The notes under the pieces: generated by a model
Database searches by the model: none
The model's input: the letters and a program-made list of their open reading frames with translations, nothing else
What the model was told of the DNA's origin: nothing
In this document: piece after piece, positions 10,234-20,191 of the stretch
Layout: each line of letters starts with the position of its first letter
Position numbering within the stretch: position 1 is the stretch's first letter
Assembly (NCBI GenBank): GCA_963665115.1
Contig: OY762007.1
Location: forward strand, 4,768,001-4,832,000
Source: an uncultured Rivularia sp.
GTDB taxonomy: Bacteria > Cyanobacteriota > Cyanobacteriia > Cyanobacteriales > Nostocaceae
DNA length: 64,000 nucleotides
Reading direction: 5' to 3'
Position numbers and translations under genes: made by a program

Positions 10234-11396
10234 TCACACTAGAGATAAGCTACTCCGAGAATTCACCTTACGATAAACCTTCTTAAATTCTTCAATAACT
10301 CTTTCTAAATCCTCTTCTGCAAGATTAGAACCTGAAGGTAAACATAATCCCCGCTTAAATAGATCTTCTGCTACCTCGCCACCAATACTTTCGCATTCGG
10401 CAAATACCGGCTGCATATGCAGTGGCTTCCATACCGGACGAGATTCTATTTTCCTTTCTGCTAACCCAAGACGTATTTCCTCTCTATCCGTGCCAAAGGC
10501 TTGGGGATTAACTGTTAAACAAGTTAACCAACGAGTAGCGCGTCCAAATTCGGCTTCCGGCATGAATTCAATTCCGGGAATATCGCCTAAAGCTTTCTCG
10601 TAAATTTCAAAGTTACGTCTTCTGGCTTCTACTCGCTCTTTCAAAACCTGTAACTGTCCTCTACCAATGCCAGCTAAAACGTTACTCAGGCGGTAATTAT
10701 AGCCAATCTGCGAATGCTGATAGTGAGGAGCGGGATCTCTGGCTTGAGTTGCCAGAAAACGAGCTTTTTTAACTAACATTTCATCATCCGAAACTAACAT
10801 CCCACCACCAGAAGTAGTGATAATTTTGTTACCGTTGAATGAGTAAATTCCGATAGTGCCAAAGGTGCCAGGACAGCGCCCTTTATAACTAGCTCCTAAC
10901 GCTTCAGCAGCATCTTCGATTAATGGAACATCATACTTTTGACAAACTTCCACAATCGGATCGATATCGGCACATTGTCCATAAAGATGCACTAACAATA
11001 CTGCTTTGGGCAATTTACCGATTTTGGCACGCTTTTCCATCGCTTCGCGTAACAGTTCCGGATTCATATTCCAAGAAGTGCGATCGCTATCGATGAAAAC
11101 TGGCTTTGCACCTTGATAGATAATCGGATTGGCGCTAGCGATAAATGTTAAAGTCGAGCAAAAGATTTCGTCTCCACGCCCAACATCAAGCAATCGCAAA
11201 GCCAAATGAATTGCAGCAGTACCAGAACTTACCGCAGCTGCATAACCCGCACCAGTAGAAAGGCAAAATTCTTCTTCAAAAGCATCTACATGAGGGCCCC
11301 CACAGGGGCTATCCAATTAGTCTCAAAAGCTTCTGTGACGAACTTTAATTCTTGTTCACCCATGTGGGGTGTGGAAAGTAGAATTTGTTTTGTCAT
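10234..11396 (-). CDS. DegT/DnrJ/EryC1/StrS (PglE/EpsN-like) sugar aminotransferase, frameshifted at ~11297
   Basis: N-terminus MTKQILLSTPHMG...NWIAPVG from ATG 11396 (ATGA overlap with the upstream stop) joins PHVDAFE; EDAAEALG and PLP lysine SFNGNKIITTSGGG. Confidence 0.92.
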
Positions 11397-12484
11397 TTTA
11401 ATGGTGCTTGAGGTGAGCGATATGCGGGGAAAAACTTAGAGTTAAGCAAGTCTTCTACAGGAACATCTAAAGATTTTGCTTTCATTTCCACAAGATAACG
11501 ATATTTTTGTTCATCGACTATCAGTCTTAGGGTATAAAAGCTATGTCTTAACTTGGAAAATCCGGCTTTAAAATTATAAACTGGGTCTTTTGAAGCACCA
11601 ACTCCTCCACCCAAATGCAGGAATTGATTTCCACGCTGATGCGCCCAATATCGAGCGCAATCAGTTTCCAAACTACTTGGAGATAAATCTACAAATTTGT
11701 CTTTAGTTCCACCCAATGTGCTTTGCACTATACCGCAGACTTCCGTGTATAATCCTGCACAAGCTACTTCGTTTTCATATTCAACAATACAAAGATGCAG
11801 TTTATCGCCTAAAGCTGTTCGCATCTCTTCGTAGTATGTTAGATCGAAGGAATAGTATCTATCTGCTGCTTCTACCCTTCCCATTGTTTCTTGATAGATC
11901 GCAGTAAACTCATCTAAATTTTCGTCAATAGGAACGAATTTTGCTTCCATTCCCAAACGTTTGCACTTGTTAATTGTGCTTTTATGTCCTTTTCTTGTAT
12001 GAGACCATAATTGAGCTTCGGGAATTCTTAAATCGACGGAAACTGTTTCTCCATTTTCCGTAAATAATCCTGGCTCAAAAATTTCGTTAAAGTTTTCATT
12101 GAGTATGGGATGCATTCTAAAAAACGCCGAGCATACACCTTTGTTAGCTAATACCTGTTTAAATTCAGCCATTGCAGCATCGGGGAAACCGGGTGTATTT
12201 GCTGCTGCTTCGTTTAATAAAATCCCCGGATAACCGTAGGGAGATTTAACATCAAATACTTCTTCTAAAATCGATCCCGAATCTACGACGTTTTCGCACT
12301 TTGATATCAGATAAGGAGCAAAAAATATCTTATCTCCATCGGTAATTAAAATCGCTTCCGGTATTTGTTTATTCCGACTGGCTTCTAAAGATATATAATC
12401 TGGCAATTGATAAACATCATGTTTGACTTTATCTAAAGTTTCCATCCATAAAGGATTGGATAAATCTATGATTTGAGTATTCAT
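11393..12484 (-). CDS. FemAB/FemX-like GNAT-fold acyltransferase
   Basis: SPYGYPG, FFRMHP, VDL..LWS, LHLGGG...FKAGFS, FFPAYR. Confidence 0.8.
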   Translation of the reverse strand: MNTQIIDLSNPLWMETLDKVKHDVYQLPDYISLEASRNKQIPEAILITDGDKIFFAPYLISKCENVVDSGSILEEVFDVKSPYGYPGILLNEAAANTPGFPDAAMAEFKQVLANKGVCSAFFRMHPILNENFNEIFEPGLFTENGETVSVDLRIPEAQLWSHTRKGHKSTINKCKRLGMEAKFVPIDENLDEFTAIYQETMGRVEAADRYYSFDLTYYEEMRTALGDKLHLCIVEYENEVACAGLYTEVCGIVQSTLGGTKDKFVDLSPSSLETDCARYWAHQRGNQFLHLGGGVGASKDPVYNFKAGFSKLRHSFYTLRLIVDEQKYRYLVEMKAKSLDVPVEDLLNSKFFPAYRSPQAPLK

Positions 12485-12524
12485 GATTTTTTCTCAAGGT
12501 GATTTTTTCATTAAAAAGGGAACG

Positions 12525-12625
12525 GGGAGTAGGGAGTAGGGAGTAGGGAGTAGAAAGTAGAGAGTAGGGAATAGGGAGTAGGGAGTAGAAAGTAGGGAGT
12601 AGAAAGTAGAGAGTAGGAAATAGAA
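12525..12625. repeat. STRR heptamer array (GGGAGTA and variants)
   Basis: Tandem gggagta/gaaagta/gagagta units. Confidence 0.85.
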
Positions 12626-12682
12626 AACGGGGTTGGGGGAATCACCCGTACGTTATTTTTAATTTTTAATTTTTAATTGAGA

Positions 12683-13564
12683 TTATTCCGACCATAAGGT
12701 AGGAAATATTGCCGGATCGGTATAATCTGGAAGTCCATTTGGTGATTTTCGGCACAGAGTATCAAGATAGTGATGAATCTGTTTTCCTTGGGCATTGCAA
12801 TAAGGCTGATAGCGATTTTCAAAATTCTGCATATGCACTGCCATTGCTAAGCGATAAGAATCGCTACGGTTGGGATAACTTCCATGAATCGCCCAGGTAT
12901 TATGAAAACTCATCTGCCCCTTTTCCATAACCATAGGTACTTCGATGATTTCTCGCCCTTGTTTAGTAAATTCCTTTGCCGTCTCTCGAAGATTTGGTTG
13001 GTTAAAGCACCGTAAGTGGTCGTTCCCAGACCATTTATTGCTACCATCGATAACTACTAACGGCGCTCTATCTACATCGGAATCATGGAAAGGTATCCAG
13101 GCCGCCAGCAACTTTTCCGAAGTACAGTTAGAGCAGTAAGCGCGATCGGTATGCCAACCAACTACACCTTTTTTATCCGAGCTACTGGGTGCTTTATAAA
13201 CGAGTTGGTCTTCAAAAAGCCGAATGCTTTTACTTCTTGTCAGCTTGGCTGCGATCGCTCCGATAATTGGTTGGAGTGCGAACTTTCTTAATACATTATT
13301 TTGTAATGTGGTAAATTCGTTGTTGCGAATTTCATCGCCATCGCCCGGTTTCCAGTTGCCATAACCTGTATCGGTAGGCAGAGTTGCATCTCTTTCTCCT
13401 TGATAGAATCTGAAACTAGCTTCAATCGCTTCATCAATCAGTTCTTCGGGGATAACTTTTTTCGAGATATACCAGCCGTGTTCCTCATAGAATGCGACAT
13501 CTTTCTCAGTGGGTAAGAGTTCTAACTGTTCCCGCGTTATATGCACTGTTGAAATCTGGCTCAT
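12683..13564 (-). CDS. PhyH-family Fe(II)/2-oxoglutarate dioxygenase
   Basis: FYEEHGW, GWHTD (HxD), distal IHGSYPNRS..R. Confidence 0.9.
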   Translation of the reverse strand: MSQISTVHITREQLELLPTEKDVAFYEEHGWYISKKVIPEELIDEAIEASFRFYQGERDATLPTDTGYGNWKPGDGDEIRNNEFTTLQNNVLRKFALQPIIGAIAAKLTRSKSIRLFEDQLVYKAPSSSDKKGVVGWHTDRAYCSNCTSEKLLAAWIPFHDSDVDRAPLVVIDGSNKWSGNDHLRCFNQPNLRETAKEFTKQGREIIEVPMVMEKGQMSFHNTWAIHGSYPNRSDSYRLAMAVHMQNFENRYQPYCNAQGKQIHHYLDTLCRKSPNGLPDYTDPAIFPTLWSE

Positions 13565-14233
13565 CTAAGAAAGCTCCATAACTTTTTGTTTGTCTTGAAT
13601 TTTCCCTAAGAATTCTGAAGATGAAACCTGTCCTTCTTCATCGATGCCCTCTTTTCGCAAGACTTTAACAAATGTCATCACAAGAATTTTCAGGTCAAGC
13701 CATAAACTCCAATTATCGATATACCAAACGTCCAGTTGAAATTTTTCTTCCCAGGTAATCGCATTGCGACCTTTTACTTGCGCTAATCCCGTGATACCCG
13801 GTTTGACTTCATGACGACGCGCTTGTTGAGAACTGTAGCGTTCCAAATATCTTACTAATAAAGGACGCGGACCCACCAAACTCATATCTCCTTTAAGAAT
13901 GTTCCACAACTGTGGAATTTCATCCAAACTGCTTTCTCGTAGAAATTCACCAAAAGCAGTCAAACGCTGTTCGTCATCTAATAAATTACCCTTTGCATCG
14001 CGCTCATCCGTCATGGTACGAAACTTGTAGAATCGAAAAATCTTTCCATCCTTACCAGGACGAGGCTGACTGAAAATCAACGGACTACCCATACGAAAAT
14101 AAATTGCGATCGCCACTATTAATATCAGAGGAGAAAACATTAATAGAGCGATCGCTGCGAAAACTCTATCTAATAAGGATTTGATGAGGCGACTATTTTT
14201 ACTACGCTCACCCTGTAACTCTTGAGCAATCAT
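13565..14233 (-). CDS. Initiating phosphoglycosyl transferase (PglC/EpsL-like)
   Basis: YKFRTM, SLDEIPQLWNILKGDMSLVGPRP, KPGITGLAQV. Confidence 0.95.
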   Translation of the reverse strand: MIAQELQGERSKNSRLIKSLLDRVFAAIALLMFSPLILIVAIAIYFRMGSPLIFSQPRPGKDGKIFRFYKFRTMTDERDAKGNLLDDEQRLTAFGEFLRESSLDEIPQLWNILKGDMSLVGPRPLLVRYLERYSSQQARRHEVKPGITGLAQVKGRNAITWEEKFQLDVWYIDNWSLWLDLKILVMTFVKVLRKEGIDEEGQVSSSEFLGKIQDKQKVMELS

Positions 14234-14708
14234 TCAATATATCCCTTTACTTCAGATGTAATTCAAAACTTTTTGCCGCAATTAACTAATAAACCTTTCT
14301 AATAACTACATCGGAATCAAACTGAATAAACTCCAATAAGTTACTATGCATTACAAATAGGCACGCACATAAAACAGGAAAAGCATTACTTCGTTGGCTT
14401 TCCTTATTCTGGAAGGTGTTTGTTTACCTTTGTGTTACTGTTAGATATGGATAATTACGTAATTAAAATTGAAAATTAAATCTTCAATCCATGATAAATA
14501 TAACTAAACGGGGTTGATTTTTGTTGCCAATTTGGCAGTAATTTGTTGATAACTGGTTTATTATTCCTCGCCAAACATCCAAAAAGTTTTTTTAAGATAC
14601 ATCCCAGGTATAACTGTATTTCGGTATTAAACGATAAGCCAGTAATAGTGAATCAATTCTTTTACTGCTTTCAATACTTAAAAATAATGGTATTCGCTGT
14701 TTGATAAA

Positions 14709-15899
14709 TTACTTACAAATATGACTTTTTTCGTAGCTTCGAGATGAGTCAACTTGCAATCCTTTATAATATTTTGTAAGTCTATGAAAAACCAATTCTT
14801 CGCTATATTCAGCTTCTACACGTTCGCGACTTGCTTTGCCGTAATCTTGTCGTAATTTGGGATTAGAAACTAGCATTCGTAAAGCTTCGGCGAGCTTCAT
14901 ACTATTTTGAGATGGTACGATAAAACCATTTTTTTCATTAACTACCGCTTCTCGACAACCGCGAACATCAGTAGCAACAATCGGTAAGCTCATTGCCATT
15001 GCTTCAACAATAGAGCGGGGTAATCCTTCATGCGAGAAAGTTGGGAGGGTAAAGATATCTAAAAGACCTAAAAGTTCTGGGATATCTTGACGTTCTCCTG
15101 TAAGGGTGACGTGTTTCTCAAGCCCGAGAGTTTTAATTCTTTGATTGAGTTCAATTTGAAAAGGTTCGGGGTCGGTGCTAAGTTGAGAACCAATGACTAC
15201 AACGTGTAAGTTAGGAAATTCACAAATTAACTCACCTGCAGCTTCAATTAGATACCCACTGCCTTTTTTACGGGTTATACGTCCAATTGTGCCAATAACA
15301 AAACTGTCATTAGGTATACCTAATGAATGACGTAATTGTGATTGTGATTCTGAATTCAATTGCGAACGTTTGAAACGTTCGATATCTACACCATTACCCA
15401 AGTAGGCTATTTTTTCAGGCTGACAAAGACCTATTTTCTTAGCAGTGGTAATATCTTCGTGATTTTGAGTCAGGATTAAATCTGTAATAGTAGCAGCATA
15501 TTTTTCGATATTAGAGTATAAAAAATATTGCCTTGGAGATGATAAATCGTGAAATGGAAAACCATGAGCAGTGTACACAATTGCTTTTACTCCTGCTAAT
15601 TTAGCTGCAATCCGTCCTAATACAGCAGCGATAGGAGTATGAACGTGAACTAGGTCGTAGTTATTTTCTCTGATAATTTTTATTAAACCAGAAATGCTTT
15701 TAAAATTGGGTACTGGAGAAACTTTCCGGTCAATTTGAACTCCATGTACTGTATATCCCCTATCTTGCAATCGTTGAGCATCTTCATCCCAAGAACAAGC
15801 TATGCCAACTTCAAACCCTTGGGATAACAAGTAATTAATTTGAGGTAGCAAAAGGATGGAAGCAGTGCCTCCAATTGCACAAATATGTAAGATTTTCAT
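14709..15899 (-). CDS. Glycosyltransferase family 4 (PglA/CapM-like)
   Basis: HVHTP, YTAHGF, GNGVD, EGLPRSIVEAMA. Confidence 0.93.
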   Translation of the reverse strand: MKILHICAIGGTASILLLPQINYLLSQGFEVGIACSWDEDAQRLQDRGYTVHGVQIDRKVSPVPNFKSISGLIKIIRENNYDLVHVHTPIAAVLGRIAAKLAGVKAIVYTAHGFPFHDLSSPRQYFLYSNIEKYAATITDLILTQNHEDITTAKKIGLCQPEKIAYLGNGVDIERFKRSQLNSESQSQLRHSLGIPNDSFVIGTIGRITRKKGSGYLIEAAGELICEFPNLHVVVIGSQLSTDPEPFQIELNQRIKTLGLEKHVTLTGERQDIPELLGLLDIFTLPTFSHEGLPRSIVEAMAMSLPIVATDVRGCREAVVNEKNGFIVPSQNSMKLAEALRMLVSNPKLRQDYGKASRERVEAEYSEELVFHRLTKYYKGLQVDSSRSYEKSHICK

Positions 15900-15962
15900 T
15901 TTATTTTCCGATTAATCGGAACACTATATTCCGCGTGATTGCTACGTAAGTCCTAATAGTTT

Positions 15963-17666
15963 TTAAGATGGTGCATTTAGTTTGATAAGCCTGACAAATC
16001 TGACTGTAATATCATCTTCTCCTCCATTAAATATCCGAAAATCCATATTACCGTTTTGACGATTCAGAAAAGCTGCATCGTCGATAGAGAAAGTCACAGT
16101 TTTCCACTGGTAATCGTTTTTATTTTCTACAGTGGAAGATTGTTTGTAAATATTTTCGTCAGAAGCATCGTATTCTAACCACCACTGACTACTTGTATTA
16201 TCTAAATAAGTAACTTTAATTTGGATTTGATTGCTACCGCCGTAAATAAATCTATCGTCAACTCCAAAATAGATATAATTACTACCATTTAAACTATCTG
16301 TACTCCGCGCTTCGTAGCTTTCCTCATTATGTTTTACTGGAGTTCTAACATAATAATTTCTCTTTGTTTTACCATCCGGATTTACTTCTCTTTGAACTAA
16401 CCAGCGTTCAAAATTTCCGATCCAAAATTCAGAGTTATTGCTAGTGTCCAACTGAGACCATTTTATATAATCATCTTTAGCTTCACGCAAGGCACACCAT
16501 GCATCTGGAGAATCATAGTAGTGTTTGCCTAAAGTTTTCATTATATAATTATGTAACTTAGGCGCTTTATTCCAAATATTTTTGTTCATAAATACGACAT
16601 TCGCACGTACTTGCAGATTCTTGAGTGCGGTCATTTTTAACTGCAAATAATTGTCTACGGGGATATTGGCATTATTGATTTCTTCAGCTTCACTACCAAT
16701 AAAACGTTTTGCATCGGCTATCAAAGGAGAACTTTCGTTAACCACCATGTAATTATTACCATCAATATTAACTACTGAAATGCCATAGTTTGGCATATCA
16801 GTTGCTACAAAGTTATATTTTTCAAGTAAACCAAAACGAGTACTCAAACCTCTCTCAAATGCATAGCCAGTAAGTTTTCTGTCCAAAAACTTTCGCCACT
16901 CCAAATCTCCATCCGCTAAGGAAATAACATCTTGATCTGTATACATCAGCTTATGAGCATTTTCTTCACCAAAAGCATCTATATATGTATCAATTAATTC
17001 TTTGAACCATTCAAAATAATCCTTGGGAGTCATCCCCTGACTTTTCATATAGTCAATAAAGACTAAGTCAAATTCGCCCCATTTCCATGCACCTGGTATA
17101 TAGGCAAATTTCAGACGCGGATTGGAAGCAAATTCTTTTTCTTTAAAGCTTTGCAATAGTTTTTCCAGTTCTTGTTTGAATCCTGGATGCCACATGGGAT
17201 AAAAATAACCTTCACTATAATTACCAAAATTGTCCTTATAGGAGGATAGTTTTAAGCGTTCCAGATCAGGATATTTTTCAGATAACCATAGGGGACAATG
17301 TTCAACATCAGAATTTTCCAAGCGCAAGTATATATTGTTATCACCTTTTAGAGCATTTTCCAAAATACTCCAGTCATAAACATCTTCTCGAGGATTTACA
17401 TCGCGCCACCGAAAAGTTACTAGCTTCAAAGTTTGGTTTGAAGCATCTTGCGGATTTGGACCATAAAATCCAATAACATCTGGAAGTGGCTGAACCCATG
17501 AAGGCAGCCACCAATCATCTTCGCTCTGTTGTTGTACGGCAGGATCTTCAGAAGCTGAGCTTTGGTTTGGAAACATAAGCATAAATGTAGTCGTTAAAGC
17601 TACTAAAAATAAGGATAATAGCTGTACTGAATTAGTTCGCCAAAGCCTTCTCATACAAATCCTCAT
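15963..17666 (-). CDS. Secreted glycoside-hydrolase-like protein with a C-terminal beta-sandwich domain
   Basis: Signal peptide; WRDVNPREDVYDWS, P.WL and WGE patterns resemble GH-A clan barrels; C-terminal VTYLD...WKTVTF...DFRI is CBM-like. Confidence 0.6.
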   Translation of the reverse strand: MRICMRRLWRTNSVQLLSLFLVALTTTFMLMFPNQSSASEDPAVQQQSEDDWWLPSWVQPLPDVIGFYGPNPQDASNQTLKLVTFRWRDVNPREDVYDWSILENALKGDNNIYLRLENSDVEHCPLWLSEKYPDLERLKLSSYKDNFGNYSEGYFYPMWHPGFKQELEKLLQSFKEKEFASNPRLKFAYIPGAWKWGEFDLVFIDYMKSQGMTPKDYFEWFKELIDTYIDAFGEENAHKLMYTDQDVISLADGDLEWRKFLDRKLTGYAFERGLSTRFGLLEKYNFVATDMPNYGISVVNIDGNNYMVVNESSPLIADAKRFIGSEAEEINNANIPVDNYLQLKMTALKNLQVRANVVFMNKNIWNKAPKLHNYIMKTLGKHYYDSPDAWCALREAKDDYIKWSQLDTSNNSEFWIGNFERWLVQREVNPDGKTKRNYYVRTPVKHNEESYEARSTDSLNGSNYIYFGVDDRFIYGGSNQIQIKVTYLDNTSSQWWLEYDASDENIYKQSSTVENKNDYQWKTVTFSIDDAAFLNRQNGNMDFRIFNGGEDDITVRFVRLIKLNAPS

Positions 17667-18816
17667 ATTGGGCTACAACTGTATCTAAAGAAAAATGTTC
17701 AACAATTCTGTTACGTGCAATAGCACCTAGTTTTACCCTACCTTCTACACCTAAAAGAATTAATTCTTTCCAGGCATTAGCTAGCTCTTGAGAACTTCGT
17801 GGTTGCACCACTTTCCCTGTCTCACCTACAATCCATGCAGAATCACCAACATCTGTAACGGCGCACGGGACACCGCAGCACATTGCTTCTCCGAGTATTA
17901 AAGGAAAAGCTTCACCATAAGCAGAAGAAGAAGAAAGGATATCTAAAGAGGGAATAATACTAGACATATCGTTCCTTTCCCCCATGAGATGGATTCGCTC
18001 CTCCATCCCTAAATCTTGAATTAATTTGTATAGTTCATAATTATCTTGATTAATATCAGTACCCACCATGAGGAAATACACATCTGGAAGTTCCTGTATC
18101 AATAAAGCAGCAGATTTCACAAAATTAGCATGGTCTTTCATAGGATGATAGCGAGCTATAGATCCTATCACAATACTATCTGCTGACAATCCTAAATCTC
18201 TTCTAAGCTTGAGTTTTAATTCATCTGAAGGTTTGAACAAGGATGTATTAAAACCATTTGGGATCGTACAGCTATTCTCATATGTATATCCTAATGAATG
18301 ATGCTGTCTTTGACTGTTTTGTGAAACAAAAGCGACTTTACTGGCATATTTAGATAAAATAGAACCTAGTTTGATAATCAACTGGGTAGTTTTCTTCTCT
18401 GATGACAATGAACTAATTGAATGATGAATTCCCCAGATAGTATAAGTGCGATTCAGAGTTAAAAAATTTCCAATCTGCGCTGCTAGATTTCCGTGATACA
18501 TCCAACCTTGAATTATATCCGGCTTAACCTGAGAAACTATATTCCTTAGTTTCCATATTGCACTTATATCTAGCATACCTTGTTGCATATCAAGTGTATA
18601 TATAGAAATGTTCAGTTCTGCGATGCGATCGCCTAAGCTGCCACGATCCATAAGAGAAACTACTACAGGAGTGATTTTACTTCTATTCGTTTTATTAAGT
18701 AAGTGATATAGCATCCACTCTGCACCACCTGTTGATAGTCCTGTAATAATGTGAAGTATTACTAAATTACCTTTTTTCTGATAATTAATTTTCGGCAATC
18801 TTTCATTTCTTATCAT
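17632..18816 (-). CDS. Glycosyltransferase family 4
   Basis: HIITGLSTGGAE, ARYHPMKDH, GEAFPLILGEAM. Confidence 0.93.
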   Translation of the reverse strand: MIRNERLPKINYQKKGNLVILHIITGLSTGGAEWMLYHLLNKTNRSKITPVVVSLMDRGSLGDRIAELNISIYTLDMQQGMLDISAIWKLRNIVSQVKPDIIQGWMYHGNLAAQIGNFLTLNRTYTIWGIHHSISSLSSEKKTTQLIIKLGSILSKYASKVAFVSQNSQRQHHSLGYTYENSCTIPNGFNTSLFKPSDELKLKLRRDLGLSADSIVIGSIARYHPMKDHANFVKSAALLIQELPDVYFLMVGTDINQDNYELYKLIQDLGMEERIHLMGERNDMSSIIPSLDILSSSSAYGEAFPLILGEAMCCGVPCAVTDVGDSAWIVGETGKVVQPRSSQELANAWKELILLGVEGRVKLGAIARNRIVEHFSLDTVVAQYEDLYEKALAN

Positions 18817-20191
18817 GATATTTAACCTTTACAAAAGATATCTTTGTTCCAATACAAAGTAATATTAAAGTTGAACTAAAAAACCAAAAATGCGTATGCA
18901 AGATAATTTTAGGATCGGCATACGGTATAAAATCAGCCCAAACTAATCCAGCAGCAACATAAATAAAGGGCATCCAGTATATAATGATAATTTGCCTATT
19001 CAAAACATTATCTATACATCTACCGAGCCATCCATAGATAAAACTAAATATAATTACTCCAGCCCAAGAATAACTATAAAGACAAGAAGATATAAATCCT
19101 GATGGTATTTCGTATTCATTAGATTTTACTAAATAGTATGTGTTGTAAAATGATATTGTTTGCGGGACTTGATAATGCAATAAATCTTCTAACAACCTAT
19201 CGGGGAAAAAAGAAGCAAAACCATATACCCAATCATTAAAAAAACGAATTTCGTAAGGAGTGTTTACAGCAGCATATATAGATGAAAGTGGGAAAGAAAT
19301 TTCACCACTTAATTCATTCAAGTTGAATTCCTCTTTATCTTTTGTATCTAAAAAATAGTGAAACTTGTCAAAAACTGCATCTATACCATCAGGTAAAGCT
19401 GTTAAACTACCAAATATTTCTTTACCGTAGAATACGAATATGCTACTAAAGGCTATGAAAATCAGCATAAAGCTGATAGATACTTTTCCTTTACGAATAA
19501 TATAGGCTAAGTAGAATGTAACTATAGTCCTTACTAATACTGCTCGGGTAGCTATAATCAGAAACGAAACTATAAAATTTATTATAGATATAATAAAAAC
19601 AATCCCTAGAACATATTTATATTTTTTTATATTTTTAACAAATAAAAGTGAAGCTAATAAATAAGCAGCAAATAATGAAAAGAATACAAAGCGCTTAAGG
19701 AAGGACATTGATCCTGCATCTATAACGGTTGAACGTATTAATGCAGCATTAGAAATAGCTGACACTACACCTCCAAATTCCGAACTATATAAATATATTG
19801 AAATTGAAGAAAGTAATAGTAATAGTATAGAAAATATAATAATTCTCCGGTTCCGATCGTTAGTTTCAATAAGTATAGTTTTTGCAAATCTTTGAGAGGA
19901 CTTAGAATAAAAACCTATCGTTACTAAAAAATATGTCACAAAAATTGCTAAAGGAACTTGAGCATTATTCAAATCAATAGTAGTTCCTAACAGCATAGAT
20001 GAAATTAAATTGTTATTTGATGTTGCCGATAATATAAATCCTGGTAAAGGGTAAGAAATACAGAATACAAAATTAAAGAATGTAAGATAGTCAAAATTTC
20101 TTTGCTTATATCTAAAACATTCAAATAGCGTGATAAAAATAATTAATGATATATACAGTATCGACAACATAAACATATTAATTATTCTCAA
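18803..20191 (-). CDS. wzy: Wzy-type polysaccharide polymerase
   Basis: About 10-12 hydrophobic segments, very AT-rich, located between glycosyltransferase genes. Confidence 0.75.
   Translation of the reverse strand: MRIINMFMLSILYISLIIFITLFECFRYKQRNFDYLTFFNFVFCISYPLPGFILSATSNNNLISSMLLGTTIDLNNAQVPLAIFVTYFLVTIGFYSKSSQRFAKTILIETNDRNRRIIIFSILLLLLSSISIYLYSSEFGGVVSAISNAALIRSTVIDAGSMSFLKRFVFFSLFAAYLLASLLFVKNIKKYKYVLGIVFIISIINFIVSFLIIATRAVLVRTIVTFYLAYIIRKGKVSISFMLIFIAFSSIFVFYGKEIFGSLTALPDGIDAVFDKFHYFLDTKDKEEFNLNELSGEISFPLSSIYAAVNTPYEIRFFNDWVYGFASFFPDRLLEDLLHYQVPQTISFYNTYYLVKSNEYEIPSGFISSCLYSYSWAGVIIFSFIYGWLGRCIDNVLNRQIIIIYWMPFIYVAAGLVWADFIPYADPKIILHTHFWFFSSTLILLCIGTKISFVKVKYHDKK

Noticed and set aside
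12525..12625. Tandem arrays (also 35388, 44648, 62104, 62796) as CRISPR
   Set aside because: These are 7-bp units without unique spacers and no cas genes are present; they are ordinary STRRs.
12683..13564. Halogenase or secondary-metabolite cluster
   Set aside because: The HxD carboxylate ligand is retained, and no NRPS, PKS or carrier protein is nearby.
14234..14708. Possible decayed gene in the 475-bp gap within the polysaccharide cluster
   Set aside because: No convincing reading frame or motif found by eye; blastx would be needed.
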